Origin: Amoebidium appalachense
Lineage: Eukaryota > Protista > Ichthyosporea
Reading direction: 5' to 3'
Assembly: GCA_963693365.1 (NCBI GenBank)
Contig: CAVNZM010000001.1
Coordinates: 11,682,161 to 11,746,160 of the forward strand
Length of the DNA stretch: 64,000 nucleotides
Part shown: positions 35,486 through 46,629 of the stretch, piece by piece
Numbering within the stretch: the stretch's first letter is position 1
Layout: each line of letters begins with the position of its first letter
The notes under the pieces: generated by a model
The model's database searches: none
Told to the model about the DNA's origin: nothing
Seen by the model: only the letters and a program-made list of their open reading frames with translations
Made by a program: the position numbers and the translations under genes

Positions 35486-36397
35486 TTATTGACGCGCCGC
35501 GGCGGCCCAGGTAGCAAACGCCGTGCGGCCATCCGCAAGCGCCTGCGCGACCTTCCCGGGGTCGACGTCCATGGGCGACGCAAACAGCCTCCGCTCCGGA
35601 GCGACCACCACGAGGCGGTCTCCGAGGCGGGTGCGGAGGTTGGCGAACTCGGTGGCCGCCAGCTCGGTGCCCGAGTCACGCTGCAGAGCATAGCAGAGCT
35701 CCATGCCCGTTTTTGGCACGGATTCTGCGGGGCAGTGCGCCAGCGAGTCGCACAGCACCGTGACGTAGATGCCGTCGAACCCATCTGCGGCATCCTCGAG
35801 TGCCTTGGTGAGGGGCACCAGCTCAGAGACCCCGCCGTCCAGAAACACGGTGCCGCCGTACTCGACGGGGGGGACCGCGAGTGGAAGGGCCGAAGACGCG
35901 CGCATGCCGACCTGGTACTCGGGCCCTGTGAACCACCGCTCCTTCTTGTTGAGGAAGTCCCAGGCGACGCAGTGGCAGCGCGTGTAGATGTCCGCGTCGA
36001 TGCCCTCCAGAAGCGCCGCCGCACGCTCCTGCAGGGTGAAGCGGCTGTACGCCGCCCCGTACAGCATTGACCCCACAACCGTCCTCCAGCTTTTCGGAAG
36101 CAGCGCCATTGCGCCGCCCCACGGTTCCACAATGTCCTCCACGCACTTCAGCGTCCCCAGCTCGCGCGCCAGGTCGTCCAGGCGGTCGGCAACCACGAAC
36201 GGCGCCACCAGCGCGCCGACGGACGTGCCGTACACCCTGTCGACCTGGTACAGCCCCGACGCGAGCATCCCCTGCATGAACCCGACTTGGAAGCAGCCCT
36301 TGACGCCGCCCCCGGGCAGCAGGATCCGCACACGTGTCCTGGCTTGGGAGGGTGTGTCCATGTTGATGTAGGGCGCGATAAAAGTCGACGGCTTCAT
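35486..36397 (-). CDS. Patatin-like phospholipase
   Basis: Oxyanion GGGVKG, nucleophile GTSVG, ASSALP..PP and catalytic DGG. Confidence 0.92.
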   Translation of the reverse strand: MKPSTFIAPYINMDTPSQARTRVRILLPGGGVKGCFQVGFMQGMLASGLYQVDRVYGTSVGALVAPFVVADRLDDLARELGTLKCVEDIVEPWGGAMALLPKSWRTVVGSMLYGAAYSRFTLQERAAALLEGIDADIYTRCHCVAWDFLNKKERWFTGPEYQVGMRASSALPLAVPPVEYGGTVFLDGGVSELVPLTKALEDAADGFDGIYVTVLCDSLAHCPAESVPKTGMELCYALQRDSGTELAATEFANLRTRLGDRLVVVAPERRLFASPMDVDPGKVAQALADGRTAFATWAAAARQ

Positions 36398-37260
36398 TCC
36401 AAATCCAGGGCGTTGCACACCGAGACCAGGTTTGCCCTTGCGCAGTCCAGCACGAAGGCCGCCAGCTCGGAGTAGTCGTGGGGCGGCGGCTGGCTCTGCG
36501 CGGCCAGCAGCAGCGAGTGGTAGCGCTCGCGGGAGCTGCGGTCTGTGTACAACGAGAGGGGAACGGCAATATAGGGCGAGAGCAGCACGCTGACCAACAG
36601 ACGGGCGACGCGCCCGTTGCCGTTGCTGAACGGGTGGATGTAGAGGAACTCCCCGAGGAAACGGGCGGTGACCTGTATGGCACCGAGAACGTCATTGCAG
36701 CCTTGGAGTTCGGTGCGTGTCCTTTCGAACAGACGCTTGAGAGCCTCTTCGATCTTGAACGGTGCAAGGTACTGATGACTGCAGCCTGCGGGAAGCGCAA
36801 AGCGCACCCGATACCGTCCAGCGCTATCGAGCAGCCCGTCCATGACCTTGCGATGGACCTCCCTAGCGAGCTCCACCGTAAACGTGCCTGGATCAATCCC
36901 CTTCCAAACCCACGGTGTGGGGAACAGCTCGCGAACTGCTATAACGACGTTTTTCAGTTTCTTCGATGAGCGCGTGTGTTCGGACGTTTCATCGGGGCAG
37001 GAGATCAGCCTCTCAATATGTTCGACTGGGACCTTTTCGTTTATTTCCAATTCCATCAGGTGCTTGATGTATAACACTAGGTGGTGCGTTGTGTATCCCT
37101 GCATGAACAAAGCGCTGCTCTTATCGTTATCCAAAAACGTGCGCACCAGGTGGAGGCAGCGCACAACAGCCCCTTCGCTGAGTTGAGACATCACGGTGTT
37201 GAACCGACAGATAAAGTACCACAAACTATCAAAATCGACCTTTACGTCACACGGCAACAA
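36394..37260 (-). CDS. Fic-domain protein (AMPylase-type)
   Basis: HPFSNGNGRVARLL motif with upstream VHRKVM..AGRYR. The start may be the internal MSQLSEG. Confidence 0.9.
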   Translation of the reverse strand: MLPCDVKVDFDSLWYFICRFNTVMSQLSEGAVVRCLHLVRTFLDNDKSSALFMQGYTTHHLVLYIKHLMELEINEKVPVEHIERLISCPDETSEHTRSSKKLKNVVIAVRELFPTPWVWKGIDPGTFTVELAREVHRKVMDGLLDSAGRYRVRFALPAGCSHQYLAPFKIEEALKRLFERTRTELQGCNDVLGAIQVTARFLGEFLYIHPFSNGNGRVARLLVSVLLSPYIAVPLSLYTDRSSRERYHSLLLAAQSQPPPHDYSELAAFVLDCARANLVSVCNALDLE

Positions 37261-38256
37261 CCCGGCCCATATCCACCTGCGCGTTCACCACCCTGTTCTC
37301 CTGCCCCCCGCCCCCTACCCAGTCCACCGATTTCTCCACAAACCAGAGAGAACACGGCAGTGCCCATGAACGTTTGGCCCGTGATTTGCTAGAGAACAGC
37401 ATCGCCGGTCCCCCCCCATGTCTCCCGGAACCCAAGAGAACACCATGGCATCCCCAACCATGTCTCCCGGATCCTTGGAGAACAGGTGCCGGGGGTGGAC
37501 CCTGTTCGCCGATTGCTTTTTCCTAGGAGCGGGGCCTGGGGGGCATGAGGGGCACGCGAGGCACGGAAGGCACAGTGGTCTCACGGGTCTGTGTGCCACA
37601 GGCGCCCCCCCCAGCCCCCCCCCAGGCCCCCGGAACAGGCAACGCGGAACCACAACTTCGTTCCAAAGCAGCGCCAGATGTGCCAATAAACGGCCAAAGC
37701 AGCGCGCAGTTGGCTACCCCGCTATTCGATCTGATTGGTCGAAAGCGTTCAAGATCCTGACCAAGGTTTCAGAATCTGTTTGTAATCGTTGATAGGACTA
37801 TTTCTTCGCGATTTCTGTTTGAAATGTGACCGAATTGTTTATAAAACTATCTTGAATATGAAATTGGGTATAAAACGTTTGATTTTATTCTTATGTTTGG
37901 TTCTAAGGGATAGAAGAGAAAAAGCCATCAGCTGTCATTGAAAAATCTTGAAGCACTGGCATTGCCTGCTCTTCGCGGGATCTGATTGGATCTTGAATTG
38001 GGTGTGATCCAATCCCCAGCAGCCAATCGTGCAGTTTGGTGATCTGGATCTGAAAGCATTCTCCCAATCAAACGCGTGACTGGATATCATTTCGTCAGCA
38101 TCAGTTGGGAATTGGCTTCTAAGGGCACGGCACAGCTGATAGGGTGTCACTTTCACACACCTTCTGTAGTGTCAACATCAAAGGCTTTGAAGTCGCTTGT
38201 TAGGTCGCCTTTTACTGATTTTTCGCTTTGCACCCCCATTTCTACACACACACACC

Positions 38257-39121
38257 ATGGAACAAGTAGGCAAGCGCAGCTACAAATGGCTGACCGATCA
38301 CCTTTTCACTAAGAACACCAAGGACAAATACATGGTCAAGTGCCGCGCTTGTGTCGCTGACATGCACAGCGACCAGATCCCCTCGCATGTGAAGGTGTGC
38401 AGGGAATTAAACCACTGCCAGGACGCCATCCTTGCCCTCGTCGCCGCAGAGAACGCCGTCGGGCCCGCGCGCGACAAGGTGCGTCCGTTGGTCACGGAGT
38501 TCGGGGGGTGCGCCGTGGCTGCACAGTCCGTCGTGCCGGGTCTGCGCCAGTACCTGCAGCAGCCTGGGCGCAACGTCGTGGGCGCGGCTAAGGCACGGGC
38601 GGTGGCGCAGGCGCTCCACGACATGGCAGAGGCGGCTCGGGCGGTTAAGGACGGGTATGTGGGTTTTTGGTCGGCTGAGGATGCTGTGGAGCGCAACAAG
38701 CAAGCGCTGCGCCATCGGATTGCCGAACGTGTCCACCGCCGCCAGGGCGGGGAGGGGCCCGGCCAGTTCGCCTACGTTCCCCGCCCCCCCCGGTTCTCCC
38801 CGTCCAAACCTCGTCCCCTTTGCGCTCACACCCGGGGAGCTTGCAAGTGGCAACGTGCTCCGGCAGTGCGAGATATTTCTGTTTGATCGAGTGCAGAGGG
38901 ATCCGAAGTACCCTCCCGGGAAACGTATCGACTCGGACGATGTGTGGGGGGCGGAGGAGAGAGACTCTGCTCTTGCGGCATCGATCGATGAGTGGGCGGT
39001 GGAGGTTCCCGTTTGGTGGGATGAGGGCAACCACTATTTTGTTCAGGACATGGAGATGATTGAGCAGCGCCTGCGGGAGGGGTATGATTGGGTGATGAAG
39101 GTTGTTGCGGAGCTTGAGTGA
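38257..39121 (+). CDS. Hypothetical ~287-aa protein with N-terminal BED-like zinc finger (homopolymer frameshift near 38790)
   Basis: accATGG start; W...LF.....VKCRAC......SHVKVC. The C-run is 8 long here and 6 in the mirror, and 7 gives one continuous ORF. Confidence 0.6.
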
Positions 39122-39150
39122 GGGCTGAGGGGGGGGGGGGGGTTGATGGG

Positions 39151-39590
39151 GGTGTTAGCATGAGCTAGATGGGGGTTGGTTTGATGGGATGGTGTTAGCA
39201 TGAGCTAGATGGGGGTTGGTTTGATGGGATGGTGTTAGCATGAGCTAGATGGGGGTTGGTTTGATGGGATGGTGTTAGCATGAGCTAGATGGGGGTTGGT
39301 TTGATGGGATGGTGTTAGCATGGGAGGGCTTGGAAGTTGTTTGATGTGCTTCCGGGAGAAGTTCATGCACGAAATAAACCTTCTCCCGGAAGCACATCAA
39401 ACAACTTCCAAGCCCTCCCATGCTAACACCATCCCATCAAACCAACCCCCATCTAGCTCATGCTAACACCATCCCATCAAACCAACCCCCATCTAGCTCA
39501 TGCTAACACCATCCCATCAAACCAACCCCCATCTAGCTCATGCTAACACCATCCCATCAAACCAACCCCCATCTAGCTCATGCTAACACC
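39151..39590. repeat. Palindrome centre: 4.3 x 40-bp repeats on each side of a ~39-bp unique stem and 18-nt loop
   Basis: ggtgttagcatgagctagatgggggttggtttgatgggat x4 (39151-39310) and its reverse complement (39421-39590); loop ttcatgcacgaaataaac at 39362-39379. Confidence 0.95.
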
Positions 39591-39621
39591 CCCATCAACC
39601 CCCCCCCCCCCCCCTCAGCCC

Positions 39622-40484
39622 TCACTCAAGCTCCGCAACAACCTTCATCACCCAATCATACCCCTCCCGCAGGCGCTGCTCAATCATCTCCATGTCCTGA
39701 ACAAAATAGTGGTTGCCCTCATCCCACCAAACGGGAACCTCCACCGCCCACTCATCGATCGATGCCGCAAGAGCAGAGTCTCTCTCCTCCGCCCCCCACA
39801 CATCGTCCGAGTCGATACGTTTCCCGGGAGGGTACTTCGGATCCCTCTGCACTCGATCAAACAGAAATATCTCGCACTGCCGGAGCACGTTGCCACTTGC
39901 AAGCTCCCCGGGTGTGAGCGCAAAGGGGACGAGGTTTGGACGGGGAGAACCGGGGGGCGGGGAACGTAGGCGAACTGGCCGGGCCCCTCCCCGCCCTGGC
40001 GGCGGTGGACACGTTCGGCAATCCGATGGCGCAGCGCTTGCTTGTTGCGCTCCACAGCATCCTCCGCCGACCAAAAACCCACATACCCGTCCTTAACCGC
40101 CCGAGCCGCCTCTGCCATGTCGTGGAGCGCCTGCGCCACCGCCCGTGCCTTAGCCGCGCCCACGACGTTGCGCCCAGGCTGCTGCAGGTACTGGCGCAGA
40201 CCCGGCACGACGGACTGTGCAGCCACGGCGCACCCCCCGAACTCCGTGACCAACGGACGCACCTTGTCGCGCGCGGGCCCGACGGCGTTCTCTGCGGCGA
40301 CGAGGGCAAGGATGGCGTCCTGGCAGTGGTTTAATTCCCTGCACACCTTCACATGCGAGGGGATCTGGTCGCTGTGCATGTCAGCGACACAAGCGCGGCA
40401 CTTGACCATGTATTTGTCCTTGGTGTTCTTAGTGAAAAGGTGATCGGTCAGCCATTTGTAGCTGCGCTTGCCTACTTGTTCCAT
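39622..40484 (-). CDS. Mirror copy of the BED-like zinc-finger protein (homopolymer frameshift near 39955)
   Basis: Reverse complement of 38257-39121. Confidence 0.6.
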
Positions 40485-41479
40485 GGTGTGTGTGTGTAGA
40501 AATGGGGGTGCAAAGCGAAAAATCAGTAAAAGGCGACCTAACAAGCGACTTCAAAGCCTTTGATGTTGACACTACAGAAGGTGTGTGAAAGTGACACCCT
40601 ATCAGCTGTGCCGTGCCCTTAGAAGCCAATTCCCAACTGATGCTGACGAAATGATATCCAGTCACGCGTTTGATTGGGAGAATGCTTTCAGATCCAGATC
40701 ACCAAACTGCACGATTGGCTGCTGGGGATTGGATCACACCCAATTCAAGATCCAATCAGATCCCGCGAAGAGCAGGCAATGCCAGTGCTTCAAGATTTTT
40801 CAATGACAGCTGATGGCTTTTTCTCTTCTATCCCTTAGAACCAAACATAAGAATAAAATCAAACGTTTTATACCCAATTTCATATTCAAGATAGTTTTAT
40901 AAACAATTCGGTCACATTTCAAACAGAAATCGCGAAGAAATAGTCCTATCAACGATTACAAACAGATTCTGAAACCTTGGTCAGGATCTTGAACGCTTTC
41001 GACCAATCAGATCGAATAGCGGGGTAGCCAACTGCGCGCTGCTTTGGCCGTTTATTGGCACATCTGGCGCTGCTTTGGAACGAAGTTGTGGTTCCGCGTT
41101 GCCTGTTCCGGGGGGCTGGGGGGGGCTGGGGGGGGCGCCTGTGGCACACAGACCCGTGAGACCACTGTGCCTTCCGTGCCTCGCGTGCCCCTCATGCCCC
41201 CCAGGCCCCGCTCCTAGGAAAAAGCAATCGGCGAACAGGGTCCACCCCCGGCACCTGTTCTCCAAGGATCCGGGAGACATGGTTGGGGATGCCATGGTGT
41301 TCTCTTGGGTTCCGGGAGACATGGGGGGGGACCGGCGATGCTGTTCTCTAGCAAATCACGGGCCAAACGTTCATGGGCACTGCCGTGTTCTCTCTGGTTT
41401 GTGGAGAAATCGGTGGACTGGGTAGGGGGCGGGGGGCAGGAGAACAGGGTGGTGAACGCGCAGGTGGATATGGGCCGGG

Positions 41480-42346
41480 TTGTTGCCGTGTGACGTAAAG
41501 GTCGATTTTGATAGTTTGTGGTACTTTATCTGTCGGTTCAACACCGTGATGTCTCAACTCAGCGAAGGGGCTGTTGTGCGCTGCCTCCACCTGGTGCGCA
41601 CGTTTTTGGATAACGATAAGAGCAGCGCTTTGTTCATGCAGGGATACACAACGCACCACCTAGTGTTATACATCAAGCACCTGATGGAATTGGAAATAAA
41701 CGAAAAGGTCCCAGTCGAACATATTGAGAGGCTGATCTCCTGCCCCGATGAAACGTCCGAACACACGCGCTCATCGAAGAAACTGAAAAACGTCGTTATA
41801 GCAGTTCGCGAGCTGTTCCCCACACCGTGGGTTTGGAAGGGGATTGATCCAGGCACGTTTACGGTGGAGCTCGCTAGGGAGGTCCATCGCAAGGTCATGG
41901 ACGGGCTGCTCGATAGCGCTGGACGGTATCGGGTGCGCTTTGCGCTTCCCGCAGGCTGCAGTCATCAGTACCTTGCACCGTTCAAGATCGAAGAGGCTCT
42001 CAAGCGTCTGTTCGAAAGGACACGCACCGAACTCCAAGGCTGCAATGACGTTCTCGGTGCCATACAGGTCACCGCCCGTTTCCTCGGGGAGTTCCTCTAC
42101 ATCCACCCGTTCAGCAACGGCAACGGGCGCGTCGCCCGTCTGTTGGTCAGCGTGCTGCTCTCGCCCTATATTGCCGTTCCCCTCTCGTTGTACACAGACC
42201 GCAGCTCCCGCGAGCGCTACCACTCGCTGCTGCTGGCCGCGCAGAGCCAGCCGCCGCCCCACGACTACTCCGAGCTGGCGGCCTTCGTGCTGGACTGCGC
42301 AAGGGCAAACCTGGTCTCGGTGTGCAACGCCCTGGATTTGGAATGA
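41480..42346 (+). CDS. Fic-domain protein, mirror copy
   Basis: HPFSNGNGR; translation identical to the left copy. Confidence 0.9.
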   Translation: MLPCDVKVDFDSLWYFICRFNTVMSQLSEGAVVRCLHLVRTFLDNDKSSALFMQGYTTHHLVLYIKHLMELEINEKVPVEHIERLISCPDETSEHTRSSKKLKNVVIAVRELFPTPWVWKGIDPGTFTVELAREVHRKVMDGLLDSAGRYRVRFALPAGCSHQYLAPFKIEEALKRLFERTRTELQGCNDVLGAIQVTARFLGEFLYIHPFSNGNGRVARLLVSVLLSPYIAVPLSLYTDRSSRERYHSLLLAAQSQPPPHDYSELAAFVLDCARANLVSVCNALDLE

Positions 42347-43253
42347 AGCCGTCGACTTTTATCGCGCCCTACATCAACATGGACACACCCTCCCAAGCCA
42401 GGACACGTGTGCGGATCCTGCTGCCCGGGGGCGGCGTCAAGGGCTGCTTCCAAGTCGGGTTCATGCAGGGGATGCTCGCGTCGGGGCTGTACCAGGTCGA
42501 CAGGGTGTACGGCACGTCCGTCGGCGCGCTGGTGGCGCCGTTCGTGGTTGCCGACCGCCTGGACGACCTGGCGCGCGAGCTGGGGACGCTGAAGTGCGTG
42601 GAGGACATTGTGGAACCGTGGGGCGGCGCAATGGCGCTGCTTCCGAAAAGCTGGAGGACGGTTGTGGGGTCAATGCTGTACGGGGCGGCGTACAGCCGCT
42701 TCACCCTGCAGGAGCGTGCGGCGGCGCTTCTGGAGGGCATCGACGCGGACATCTACACGCGCTGCCACTGCGTCGCCTGGGACTTCCTCAACAAGAAGGA
42801 GCGGTGGTTCACAGGGCCCGAGTACCAGGTCGGCATGCGCGCGTCTTCGGCCCTTCCACTCGCGGTCCCCCCGTCGAGTACGGCGGCACCGTGTTTCTGG
42901 ACGGCGGGGTCTCTGAGCTGGTGCCCCTCACCAAGGCACTCGAGGATGCCGCAGATGGGTTCGACGGCATCTACGTCACGGTGCTGTGCGACTCGCTGGC
43001 GCACTGCCCCGCAGAATCCGTGCCAAAAACGGGCATGGAGCTCTGCTATGCTCTGCAGCGTGACTCGGGCACCGAGCTGGCGGCCACCGAGTTCGCCAAC
43101 CTCCGCACCCGCCTCGGAGACCGCCTCGTGGTGGTCGCTCCGGAGCGGAGGCTGTTTGCGTCGCCCATGGACGTCGACCCCGGGAAGGTCGCGCAGGCGC
43201 TTGCGGATGGCCGCACGGCGTTTGCTACCTGGGCCGCCGCGGCGCGTCAATAA
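42343..43253 (+). CDS. Patatin-like phospholipase, mirror copy (-1 C frameshift near 42870)
   Basis: GGGVKG and GTSVG in one frame, DGG in another. Confidence 0.85.
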
Positions 43254-43442
43254 ACCCACCCCGAGTCGGGTCCATATCTGTCGTCCTCGGTCACCCATCC
43301 GGGCTGGGGCCTGGGGGCCTGGGGGCCTGGGGGCCTGGGGGCCTGGGGGGCTGGGGGTGGCTGGGAGGGGCTCCTGTGGCGCACGTGCCACGCGTGCCTC
43401 CCGTGCCTCGCGTGCCTCACGCGCCCCTCCCAGCCACCCGCG

Positions 43443-43667
43443 CTAGTTTCGGGTCCGATTCGGGCTCCCCGGTTCTTTGGTGTGCTGCTGCATGTGCCGC
43501 TTGAGGCTCAAGGCATACCGAAACTGCCGCCCGCACCCCGCATGCGCGCACACGTGCCGCAGAATCCCCGCATGCCTGTCGCTGTGCGCCGCAAAGTTGC
43601 TGTTGCGGGTGGTGGAGTAGCCGCAACCGTCGACTGTGCACCGATACACCTTGTACGGGCGGACCAT
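43443..43667 (-). CDS. Two-finger C2H2 protein, mirror copy
   Basis: Identical to 35070-35294. Confidence 0.8.
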   Translation of the reverse strand: MVRPYKVYRCTVDGCGYSTTRNSNFAAHSDRHAGILRHVCAHAGCGRQFRYALSLKRHMQQHTKEPGSPNRTRN

Positions 43668-43739
43668 GATGCCTTGGGGGGTCTTGCACGTACACAGATA
43701 CATGGTGTTATTGAGGGGGGAGAAAATAATTTCCAACGG

Positions 43740-44432
43740 CTACTGCTGCTCCGGGCTGTTGATGACCTGACCATCGATCCTGTAGCAATAGACAACCTTG
43801 TTTGTTTCGGACACGCGAGGGTGGTCTGGCCAGCGCGTAACTCTTTTCACTTTGGCAGCTTTGGGTTTTCGCAAAATCTTCCTGAGGGTCATGCCGAAGA
43901 TTTTTAAACTTGGAGCCGCTGTGGAAGAGAGATTCAGTTTATGCCATGAAAGGTATAGCTGGTACAGCCCCGATGATCTCACCAAGCAGCTATCCTTTAT
44001 AAAAGTCATGTCCTCACATCCGTTGGTATGGGAGAGCAAATCTCTTAAAAATTGCCGTTCTACTTGCTTCCTCTGGGCATTCTTGGGCTTTGTAGTTTCT
44101 GATTTGGGGTGTGGACCCCATATATGCTGCAGTGTATCATGTTCTGCCGTTACGGTGATGTTATGACGCATCATGGTCTCCACAGCTACCTTGTACGTGT
44201 CAGCGGAGGCATAGCCATATAGATGGACTCGCGCACGATGGGTGGGGTAGTGGTCTTTGTATGCAAGTACCTGCCCCATCGCCGATTTCCAATATTGAAC
44301 CTTCTTCACTTCAATGACATCCGTGTCCGTCAGCAGGTCGATCCTACCGGCGGGAGTATACACCTCGCTCTTCCCACCCTCCAGTCGCATAAGTCGCTCC
44401 CTCACCCACGCTTCGTCACGTGGACTAGCCAT
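43740..44432 (-). CDS. PD-(D/E)xK-like nuclease plus winged-helix-like domain, intact mirror copy
   Basis: Continuous MASPRDEAW...IDLLT..IEVK...GQV ORF. Confidence 0.75.
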   Translation of the reverse strand: MASPRDEAWVRERLMRLEGGKSEVYTPAGRIDLLTDTDVIEVKKVQYWKSAMGQVLAYKDHYPTHRARVHLYGYASADTYKVAVETMMRHNITVTAEHDTLQHIWGPHPKSETTKPKNAQRKQVERQFLRDLLSHTNGCEDMTFIKDSCLVRSSGLYQLYLSWHKLNLSSTAAPSLKIFGMTLRKILRKPKAAKVKRVTRWPDHPRVSETNKVVYCYRIDGQVINSPEQQ

Positions 44433-44607
44433 TGTAGTTGGCGCTAGAAAAAAACGAGCCATGCCCTGTATATCAATTAGGGGCATGTGTGGCTGGGGGT
44501 GGCTCGTGTGTCTCACCGGCGCAGGTGCCACATCCGCCTCCTGGGGCCGTGCGTGCCTCGCGTGCCCCTCCCAGCCACCCAGGCCCGGGCGCAGCGTTGA
44601 GGATCGT

Positions 44608-46059
44608 CTAAGCCTGTTTGATCTTCTCATGGTCGAACACAAAAGCGTACGACGTTCCCGTCGAGGACAGCGCAGGCATCCCAGGTGCAACAGTCAGGTG
44701 GTTGTTCCGCACCCCTTTGTTGGGTCCAAGTATCTTGCCCAGCATGGAGCCCATGCTCTTCACACTGGCGTACGGGATGCTCTTGGTCTTGCCGTTGAGT
44801 GAAAGCCACTCCTTGTACAGATGCAGCATCGTGGTGGCTGTAACACGGGCCCCGTTGGGAAGTTGCTCGATAGACATGCCCTCTGCGCCTGTCGCCATGT
44901 CTTTGAGAAACAGGAGTTCATCTGGCTGTGTCATTTCACGCAGTTCGCACCAGAGTTCGGTCTTGGGTGGAAGCGGAAGAACACGGGGAACATTCGGCAT
45001 CTTCATGAAGTAATCGCACACAGCCTGTAGGTTTGCCGGGTCTTCGTAGAAGCGTGTAAAGTTCTGGTAGTAGGCTCTTGGATAGACCACTGGAGTCCCC
45101 TGCAAACATACCCAACGACGATCTGATTCCTCCACACGAACGGGCCATTTCTCGTTTGAAAGCCAGACATAGCGTTCAAAACTCTTCACACACACGGCAT
45201 CATGCCCCTTCCGTTCAATCATGTTTACCTGTTGGGTGATGCGAGCCTTCATCAGATTCGCAATTTCCCTGTTACTGCCTAGACCCATTTCGTCGCACAC
45301 AACCAGTAGCTTGTTCTCCAGATGTGCATTGAACTTGCCCTCCAAATGCTCTCTGTGTGTGATATAACCGCAATAACAGCTGCCAATGATGTTGGCGATG
45401 ATCTCCCACCAGATGTTTTTCCCTATTCCCTGAATCGACCTCATGAGAATTGCTGTCCCGGACTTGACTTCCGGATACTGGAAGATGTGTGCGACCCATT
45501 GCATCAGATAGTGAAAGCTCTCCCGGTCGTTGTTACAAAGAACCTCAAAGGCATGACGTTCGAACAAGGAAACAGAACCCGACTGCCAAGAAATGTTCTC
45601 GGGTTGATGGGGAACGGCCAACCCCTTGAACATGTTGTATGCCCGGCAACGTTGGACAAGGTAGGCTGGCTTGGTGTTTCCGGTACGTGGGTCTGGAGAT
45701 GACGGGTCGAAAACAAAACAGGTGTAGTATGGAAAGCATGGTGTTTTCAACACGTTTGCGCCGTTGTACGTGTCCTGTTTGCCATTTGCACCAGGGACGA
45801 GCTGGAATAGAAAGGCACCCAAAAACTCTTGGAGTGCAGCCTTTGTTTTGCGATGGTGTTTGTACAGGTTCGTGTCCTGGTCATAAATCTTGACGAGATA
45901 GGCACCTTCCCTACTGACATATGCGATGTTTGGGCTCAAAAAGGCAAACACCTCATCCATAGTCCAATGTGAGCGTTGGACACATGTGTGGGGGTCAAAC
46001 AACATGCTGTGGTCAACCGTAAGATCCTCAAATGCATCATAAGATGGTGGCGCACTCAT
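44608..46059 (-). CDS. SF3/DUF5906-like helicase, mirror copy
   Basis: Same motifs as the left copy, with one N/Y difference. Confidence 0.88.
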   Translation of the reverse strand: MSAPPSYDAFEDLTVDHSMLFDPHTCVQRSHWTMDEVFAFLSPNIAYVSREGAYLVKIYDQDTNLYKHHRKTKAALQEFLGAFLFQLVPGANGKQDTYNGANVLKTPCFPYYTCFVFDPSSPDPRTGNTKPAYLVQRCRAYNMFKGLAVPHQPENISWQSGSVSLFERHAFEVLCNNDRESFHYLMQWVAHIFQYPEVKSGTAILMRSIQGIGKNIWWEIIANIIGSCYCGYITHREHLEGKFNAHLENKLLVVCDEMGLGSNREIANLMKARITQQVNMIERKGHDAVCVKSFERYVWLSNEKWPVRVEESDRRWVCLQGTPVVYPRAYYQNFTRFYEDPANLQAVCDYFMKMPNVPRVLPLPPKTELWCELREMTQPDELLFLKDMATGAEGMSIEQLPNGARVTATTMLHLYKEWLSLNGKTKSIPYASVKSMGSMLGKILGPNKGVRNNHLTVAPGMPALSSTGTSYAFVFDHEKIKQA

Positions 46060-46629
46060 GATGCTTACAATAGACTGAAGAAAATAAAGCATGCCTGCTC
46101 CTTTTATACCCTTGTTGAAGAATTGAAGCTGTTGAAGCTGTTGAAGGTGGGGTATTCAATAGAGAAGTGGGATAGGTCTGTGTGTGTATGGGTTGACCCG
46201 CCCAGCCTCAACGGTTCAACAGCTTCAACCGCTGCAACAACCAGCCCACCTGAGAACCCCCCCCCCCCCCCCCCACCCCCCCCCCCCCCCCCCCCACCAC
46301 CTGTACACCAGCAGGCCGGCCAGCAGCACGAGCAGCACCATGCATGCAAGCGCTATGCCCCTCCACATCGAAGCGCTCTTGAGCTGTGCATCATGGTCGT
46401 CCAATGAAGTGCCCATGTAGAGCATGAAGCACGTGTTGTTGTCGATGGTCAGGTGGTACTCGTGCGGGTCGGCGGCAATGTCATCCCTGCGCACCCACGA
46501 GTTACTCGGGTTGTCAAATCTCAGGTTTGCAATGTTCGGAGAAGTCATACCTTCCGAAGAGATACTTTGGAGCGCCCCCTCCCCAGCAACTCGGGGAGCA
46601 CACACAGAGATTATGCATCGCAGTGCTAT

